A DNA stretch of 64,000 bases from Verrucomicrobiota bacterium (GTDB lineage: Bacteria > Verrucomicrobiota > Verrucomicrobiia > Opitutales > Oceanipulchritudinaceae), in contig JBJHBA010000013.1 in the NCBI GenBank assembly GCA_050485245.1, positions 56,992-120,991 of the forward strand, written 5' to 3'. The position numbers and the translations under genes are program-made. Below are positions 58,780 to 64,000 of this stretch, in pieces (position 1 is the stretch's first letter; each line of letters opens with the position of its first letter). The notes under the pieces are model-generated. The model was not told the DNA's origin. It saw nothing but the letters and a program-made list of their open reading frames with translations, and made no database searches.

Positions 58780-59475
58780 ATGAAAGACGATAACAAATTG
58801 CCCTCCCCCCGGGAGCCCAGAATTCCACCTCTGCCCACTTTCGATCCGAATAGTGATCTTCCGCCAGATGCGGATATCGAGGATCGTTTCAATGATTTCT
58901 GGAAGAAGAATGGTCCCACCATCTTCGCGGCCATTGCCGTTTTCGGGCTGATCATTGTCGGCTATCAGGTTTATGGCTTCATGCAGGAGCGTAAAGCCGA
59001 TCGCATCGCGGCGGAGTTCAATACGCTTCAGGATGCATCGGCCAAACTGGAGTTTGCCGAGCGTCACGGCAATACCCGCCTCGGCGGCATCGCCTGGCTC
59101 GATCTCGCGGACGATGCCTTCGCCGCGGAAAACTTTGCCGATGCCGCCAGCCGTTACGAGACCGCCACCCGCAGCCTGGCCGGAAGTCCGCTCTCCGCCA
59201 GAGCACGTCTCGGAAATGCCATGTCGCGGCTCCGCCTCGGCGAGGAGAACGCTCCGATGCTCCTGGACCAATTGGCCCGCGATCCAGAGGTGCTCGTCTC
59301 GATTCGTGCCGAGGCCGCTTACCTATTGGCCGTCACCCATTATTCCGGAGAAAATTTCAGGCAAGCTCGCCGTGCGCTCGATCTGCTCGCCACATTTGAG
59401 GATGCTCCCATGTGGCAGCAGCGCGGCTTACGGCTCGAATCCCGTCTTCCTGCCTCCGAAGAAGCTGACGTCTGA
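58780..59475 (+). CDS. Single-pass membrane protein with TPR-like periplasmic domain (YfgM-like architecture)
   Basis: Cytoplasmic N-terminus, then a TM segment (TIFAAIAVFGLIIVGYQVY), then a helical Ala/Leu/Arg-rich domain. Assignment rests on architecture, not strong motif identity. ATG at 58780. Confidence 0.5.
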   Translation: MKDDNKLPSPREPRIPPLPTFDPNSDLPPDADIEDRFNDFWKKNGPTIFAAIAVFGLIIVGYQVYGFMQERKADRIAAEFNTLQDASAKLEFAERHGNTRLGGIAWLDLADDAFAAENFADAASRYETATRSLAGSPLSARARLGNAMSRLRLGEENAPMLLDQLARDPEVLVSIRAEAAYLLAVTHYSGENFRQARRALDLLATFEDAPMWQQRGLRLESRLPASEEADV

Positions 59476-59553
59476 TTCTGGCTTGATCACCCGGCAGACG
59501 ACAGACCCGCTTTCCCTTCGACCAATACAGGATCATCCGAAAGAATCACCAAC

Positions 59554-60369
59554 ATGTCGTTCTATGCCAAGCTGCTAGCCGCCTGGAAAGATGCCGATTC
59601 CATGCTCTGTGTAGGGCTGGATCCAGAAATTGAGCGGCTTCCGCTCCACCTCACCAGAGAATCCCAGCCGCTCTTTGCCTTCAACAAAGCCCTCATCGAC
59701 GCGACCGCGCCTTTCGCCTGCGCTTTTAAACCTCAGTTCGCGCACTACGCAGGGCAGGGGAGACTGGATGAACTCGCGGCCACCATTGATTACATTCGGA
59801 ATAACTACCCTGGAAAGGTCATTATTCTGGATGCCAAAAGAGGCGATATTGGTAATACCGCTAAAATGTATGCCCGTGAGGCTTTTGAAATTTATCAGGC
59901 GGATGCCGTTACCGTGAACCCCTACATGGGCGGTGATACCCTAGCCCCGTTTACCGAATACACCGATAAGGGCACCATCGTCCTTTGCCGGACCTCCAAC
60001 ACCGGTTCCGGTGAACTCCAGTCCTTGCGCTCTTCAGATCATAACGAGGCGATCTACGAAACAGTCGCCCGCCTTGCCGCAGGGCCATGGAATGCCCGGA
60101 GAAATATCGCCTTGGTCGTAGGAGCAACCTACCCCGAGGAGTTAGCCCGCGTTCGCAGCATCGCTCCAGACCTTCCCTTACTCGTCCCGGGTATCGGAGC
60201 ACAGGGCGGAGATCTTGAAAGTGTTCTTCGCGCCGGGCGGACGGCAGATGGCTATGGCTTGATGATCAATAGCTCCCGCGGCATCATCTACGCAGGGCAG
60301 GGCGAGGATTTCGCTTTGGCTGCAGCAGAAGCAGCCCGTGAGCTGGTTGAAGCCATGCGCACGGTTTGA
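59554..60369 (+). CDS. pyrF: Orotidine 5'-phosphate decarboxylase (type 2)
   Basis: Motifs are LCVGLDPE, KPQFAHY, ILDAKRGDIGNT and NPYMGGD. Confidence 0.9.
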   Translation: MSFYAKLLAAWKDADSMLCVGLDPEIERLPLHLTRESQPLFAFNKALIDATAPFACAFKPQFAHYAGQGRLDELAATIDYIRNNYPGKVIILDAKRGDIGNTAKMYAREAFEIYQADAVTVNPYMGGDTLAPFTEYTDKGTIVLCRTSNTGSGELQSLRSSDHNEAIYETVARLAAGPWNARRNIALVVGATYPEELARVRSIAPDLPLLVPGIGAQGGDLESVLRAGRTADGYGLMINSSRGIIYAGQGEDFALAAAEAARELVEAMRTV

Positions 60370-60408
60370 TTCAGGAGGACTAAGCACCCCCGCCCACACT
60401 GCATTTTT

Positions 60409-61212
60409 TCAGCGAGCCACTTTTTCGCATTCCGCGCGGGAACTCTCGGCAACCATTGTGGTGTCCTTCGCACTGTCGACGGCAGCTTCTTCCAGGCGGT
60501 CCAGCATTCGCCCCCCGAGTTGCCCCACCGCTATCATGCGTGTGCCCAAACGATTCTTGAAATAAAAATAGGCGATCATTGCCGGAATCCCGATCACCAG
60601 CCCGGTTGCCGTGGTGATCAATGCTTCCCCAATGTTGCCTGCCAGTTCATCCGGCTTTCCCATGCCACCTTGGCCGATTTTTTGAAAAGCACCGATCATC
60701 CCACTCACTGTCCCAAGCAAGCCCACCATCGGAGCCACCGTCGCTATGACATTGAGATAGTTGATCCACTGTCCAATGGCATTCTCTTCCCCTTCCGCAG
60801 CCTCCACAAAGGCCGCTTCCATCGCCTCACGGTTTGCATCCACTCGTTCCAGTCGAACCTTGTTCAAGCAGGCCAGCATGAGTCTACTCAGGACGGTCTG
60901 CTGTCCGTTCAATATTTGAACTGCTGCAGGGATGTCTCCTTCGCTTAATTGTGCCAGCGGCTGCACATCTTCTTTTGCCGTGAACCGCCCCGCGCTGGTA
61001 TGAGCAAGACAGTGAAAACAGAGGTAGAACGTAGCCAACATGAGTATCCCCAGAGGATACATCGCCCATCCTCCTTGCGAGACCAGTTCAAACAGACTGG
61101 TCCCGGAGGTGGACTCCTGGCCCACAGCCAGGAGGGGCAGCGGGGTGAATCCTGAAAACAAGATGAGCACCCGGAATAGAATAGGACAGGAGGAGCAACG
61201 ACACACTTTCAT
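60409..61212 (-). CDS. MotA/TolQ/ExbB proton-channel family protein
   Basis: Signal-like N-terminus and 3 TM segments. Motifs are VAPMVGLLGTVSGMIGAF and GEALITTATGLVIGIPAMIAYFYF. Confidence 0.85.
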   Translation of the reverse strand: MKVCRCSSCPILFRVLILFSGFTPLPLLAVGQESTSGTSLFELVSQGGWAMYPLGILMLATFYLCFHCLAHTSAGRFTAKEDVQPLAQLSEGDIPAAVQILNGQQTVLSRLMLACLNKVRLERVDANREAMEAAFVEAAEGEENAIGQWINYLNVIATVAPMVGLLGTVSGMIGAFQKIGQGGMGKPDELAGNIGEALITTATGLVIGIPAMIAYFYFKNRLGTRMIAVGQLGGRMLDRLEEAAVDSAKDTTMVAESSRAECEKVAR

Positions 61213-61235
61213 CGGTTGTTTGATTAATCTTTGGA

Positions 61236-62102
61236 TTAATGTGAAAATTTTAAATTCAATGCTTCCGGCGGTTTCAGAGACCGTTCAAGTTGATCATCTT
61301 TCAGCCGAACGGCTGTTTCATTTTCGCCCATTTTCTTGGCTGAGTGAATCGCACCAGCGTAGCAGAAATTTAAATACGGGATCTCTACACTTCCGGAGAA
61401 AACGATTGGACGGAGATAATAATAAAATGCATTCTCCCAGTCTTCATCTAGTTCAGATAACTGGCCGAGTACCCACCAGCCGAGAGCAGTTCTTCCTGTC
61501 CGGGGAAAGCGAAGGCTCCACTCTATCGCCGTCGATTGCGCTTCAGAATATGCACCGGTTAGATAATATCCCAGAAGAATGCTATCCTCCAGCATTTCAT
61601 TCCATCGCAGATTGCCGGGGGACTCCCTTTTAAGTCTTTTTGCACGTAAAAGCATGTCATGCGCCCGCCCCGCTTGAAGATAGTGTTCAAGATTTTCAGC
61701 AAACCACCCAACCTCAGACTCTGGCAGCCAGCTGAAAAAAGGCTCTCGTTGCACAAATAATAGATCAATCAGACTCAACCCCTCCTCCAGTTTATTGGAG
61801 TGAATCAAGTCCAGAGCATGTGGCTTCAACCCACTTCCCGGTAATCGAAGCTGTGTCACTTCATCTCTGTGAAATACATATTCAACTCCCCCTCGATCTA
61901 TCCTGAGCCCCAGTCCCAGCCGATCTTCGGATACAGAATGCAACACCCCACTGAATTCACGTCCGGTCTTGGTCGTTACCACAATCGGTCCTGACAGCTC
62001 ATCGAAGATCTCCTCCGGTGTCAGTGCGAATAGTGCATTGCCGACCCCAGTAATTAAAAGCAGCAGAAAAGTCCATATCAAGTGAACCTTGACCAATTTC
62101 AT
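61236..62102 (-). CDS. Hypothetical exported protein (288 aa)
   Basis: Signal-like N-terminus HLIWTFLLLLITGVGNALFA. The ATGA start overlaps the stop of the upstream TPR gene. Lower G+C than the window backbone. No family recognised. Confidence 0.55.
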   Translation of the reverse strand: MKLVKVHLIWTFLLLLITGVGNALFALTPEEIFDELSGPIVVTTKTGREFSGVLHSVSEDRLGLGLRIDRGGVEYVFHRDEVTQLRLPGSGLKPHALDLIHSNKLEEGLSLIDLLFVQREPFFSWLPESEVGWFAENLEHYLQAGRAHDMLLRAKRLKRESPGNLRWNEMLEDSILLGYYLTGAYSEAQSTAIEWSLRFPRTGRTALGWWVLGQLSELDEDWENAFYYYLRPIVFSGSVEIPYLNFCYAGAIHSAKKMGENETAVRLKDDQLERSLKPPEALNLKFSH

Positions 62103-64000
62103 GCGTCACCTCCCGTTTCCGCCTGGTTCTCTGGTGAATGGCGGTCCTCCCCAGAGGGAATGTCCATCACCAGATCCTTCGGCAGCATCGCTTTAAGCCG
62201 ACTGAACTCGCTTTCTGCAATTACTTGAACATCACTCCCGGTGAGATCTGTAAAATAGAGAACTTCTCTATATGTTCTCCAGGCGGCCTCGATGTTGCCG
62301 CTGTTTTCAAATAGTGACGCGGACCGAAGGTAGGCGATGCCTACCAGATCCGGATACGCCCGATACATGTTGTAGACACGCTGGTAATAGGCAATTGCCT
62401 CAGAAGTCCGTTCGGAAGCCTCAAAAATGTTTCCCAGCAATAGCAAGGCTTCAGCCTGAGGCCGTCCTCTGGCATGCCGCATCCGCAGCAACTCTTCAAG
62501 CATCGGAACCGCTTCCATCCCACCGCTGAGATGAACTTTACACCTCGCATAACTCAAGCTTGCCTCCACTCCTAATGGATGCCCCGGGAGCTCGTGAATC
62601 AGCCGGTGGAACCAGCTTGCTGCGGCCGCATAATCCTCGGTTGAATACGCCTTTACCCCCAAACCATAGTAGGCACTTCCTCGCTCAACAGATGTTGGAT
62701 ACCTCTCAAGCAGCTCCTTAAAGTAATCAGTTGCTCGCAATCGGTTTGTTCCGAGAAGACCCAGGCCTATACGGGCAAGTCCGTGTGCATCCATCGACTC
62801 AATCGGAACAACTTGATCAAGGGATCCAATGATCTCATATTCGGAAATGTTCCCACTTTGCTTGTCCAGCTTCTCCGCAGAATAAAGCATCAAGCGGCTA
62901 TACCATGTCCATTGCTCGGCATTCATCGCCTCGACTGATGCACTGTGAATCCAACTCTCAAAACTCGGATAAGCATGATGACTTGTTTGCGTATCCATCT
63001 TTTGATACAGCCTGCGAAATCCATCTAATATGTTTTGAATCTCAGTGGCATCGGGGTCATTTCCAAAACGGGATAGTGCCATTTCGTATGCAGGAATCGC
63101 TTCTGCAGAGCGCCCCTGCATTTCACGGGCCCAGCCAACCCAGTAGAGAGCCTCACTTACCCTATGATATGAATCCAGGTCCTCGCGTTCAGCATAATTC
63201 CTGAAGTGGCGGGCCATGAGATCATACTCTTCCAGTGCCCTGAATATCTTACCCGCTTGGAAGACGGCGTAGGAAAACAAGTTCTTTGCTTCAGGGCCAA
63301 TATGACGAAATAATACAGAGGCTTCCAGTAACCGCCCCAGACCCATCAGAGTATCTCCTTTCAGCACTTGTGCCTCATGCCGTGATGCATGATCCGGAAA
63401 TCCCTGCAAGTATGCTTCAATTTGTCCCAGTGCTCCCTCATAGTCGCGGAGAGCATACAGTACAGTGCCTCTTCTGTATTCGATTTCTCCGCGAAGATGA
63501 TGATCTTTTGCCGTAGAGTAAAGTAGTGCATCAAGCTCTTGCAGGGATTGAATATAGTTCTTTTCAAAGTACCATGAAAGTGCATGCCAGAACGCGGCGT
63601 TTATCGCCAGTGCGGTTTCCTGGTGGCGATCAATATACGCCGAAAAATCACGTCTCGCCGCATCATTTTTTTCCTGCAGCAGATAATTGAATCCCCGGGA
63701 AAATTGCCAGCGCCCGTGGAATGGATGCCCTTCGTATCCTTCCATTAACTGACTGAGCAAGGCAATCGCCTTATCATAATCCCGTAACTCTTGGTAGGCG
63801 TTGGCCATTAAAAACAAAGCCAGTGGAGCTTGTGGTGATTCCGGGTAGAGCGCCACAAAGGTAGTGGCAATCCTCAGGCAGGCATCCCATTTTTTTAATT
63901 CCTGCCCCGCCAATAACCATCGGTAATGACCTTCTTCGCGTACCCTCTCTGGGAAATCTTTGCTTTCGGCCAGCTCTTTGAAAACTACCCATGCTTCTCG
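62099..64000 (-). CDS. Tetratricopeptide-repeat protein, 5' end beyond window edge (at least 633 aa)
   Basis: Repeated 34-aa A-x-x-x-Y/A-x-x-G helical-pair patterns occur throughout, e.g. AEALLLLGNIFEASERTSEAIAYYQRV and ALFLMANAYQELRDYDKAIALLSQL. I checked the frame by hand and it stays open from the track start (63913) to 64000. Confidence 0.75.
   Translation of the reverse strand, partial: REAWVVFKELAESKDFPERVREEGHYRWLLAGQELKKWDACLRIATTFVALYPESPQAPLALFLMANAYQELRDYDKAIALLSQLMEGYEGHPFHGRWQFSRGFNYLLQEKNDAARRDFSAYIDRHQETALAINAAFWHALSWYFEKNYIQSLQELDALLYSTAKDHHLRGEIEYRRGTVLYALRDYEGALGQIEAYLQGFPDHASRHEAQVLKGDTLMGLGRLLEASVLFRHIGPEAKNLFSYAVFQAGKIFRALEEYDLMARHFRNYAEREDLDSYHRVSEALYWVGWAREMQGRSAEAIPAYEMALSRFGNDPDATEIQNILDGFRRLYQKMDTQTSHHAYPSFESWIHSASVEAMNAEQWTWYSRLMLYSAEKLDKQSGNISEYEIIGSLDQVVPIESMDAHGLARIGLGLLGTNRLRATDYFKELLERYPTSVERGSAYYGLGVKAYSTEDYAAAASWFHRLIHELPGHPLGVEASLSYARCKVHLSGGMEAVPMLEELLRMRHARGRPQAEALLLLGNIFEASERTSEAIAYYQRVYNMYRAYPDLVGIAYLRSASLFENSGNIEAAWRTYREVLYFTDLTGSDVQVIAESEFSRLKAMLPKDLVMDIPSGEDRHSPENQAETGGDA

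Overview
This 64-kb chromosomal window is roughly 55-60% G+C by hand spot counts. The gene content looks PVC/Verrucomicrobiota-like: a PEP-CTERM protein, a four-helix-bundle ('23S IVS-type') protein, a bacterial RRM protein and Trp-rich secreted proteins. That taxonomic call is inference only. I support about 50 protein genes and saw no rRNA, tRNA, CRISPR array, transposase or integrase.

The backbone is housekeeping:
- A truncated GH127 gene runs off the left edge and is absent from the ORF track because it has no in-window stop.
- Then come hrpB, smr-queG, uvrC, cinA, an MscS channel, an RRM RNA-binding protein, a Kv-like K+ channel and clpB.
- A co-directional MarC-porin-BCCT cluster and psd follow.
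- Next is a cNMP/CBS/DUF294 nucleotidyltransferase-like gene coupled to a DEDDh exonuclease.
- A contiguous 13-gene nuoB-nuoN operon spans 25.8-39.5 kb, with no nuoA.
- The remainder holds folA, a MarR/cupin pair, glgP, mutL, a 5S-type carboxyltransferase, carB, pyrF and an ExbB-like channel.

The most unusual items are:
1. A two-gene cassette at 39.5-43.4 kb encodes an 851-aa and a 445-aa predicted extracytoplasmic protein. I recognise no family for either. One has a Gly/Pro low-complexity spacer and the other a Trp-rich repeat tail. The cassette abuts the nuo operon tail-to-tail with a 2-nt gap.
2. A textbook -1 slippery heptamer, C_CCA_AAG, sits exactly where a four-helix-bundle ORF could be fused to a start-less topoisomerase-type zinc finger in the -1 frame.
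3. A perfect 52-nt palindrome and a second degenerate copy lie in the clpB/BCCT spacer.
4. A lower-G+C operon encodes a TPR protein, an unknown protein and an orphan ExbB.

All family assignments come from motif recognition by eye. No database search was run.
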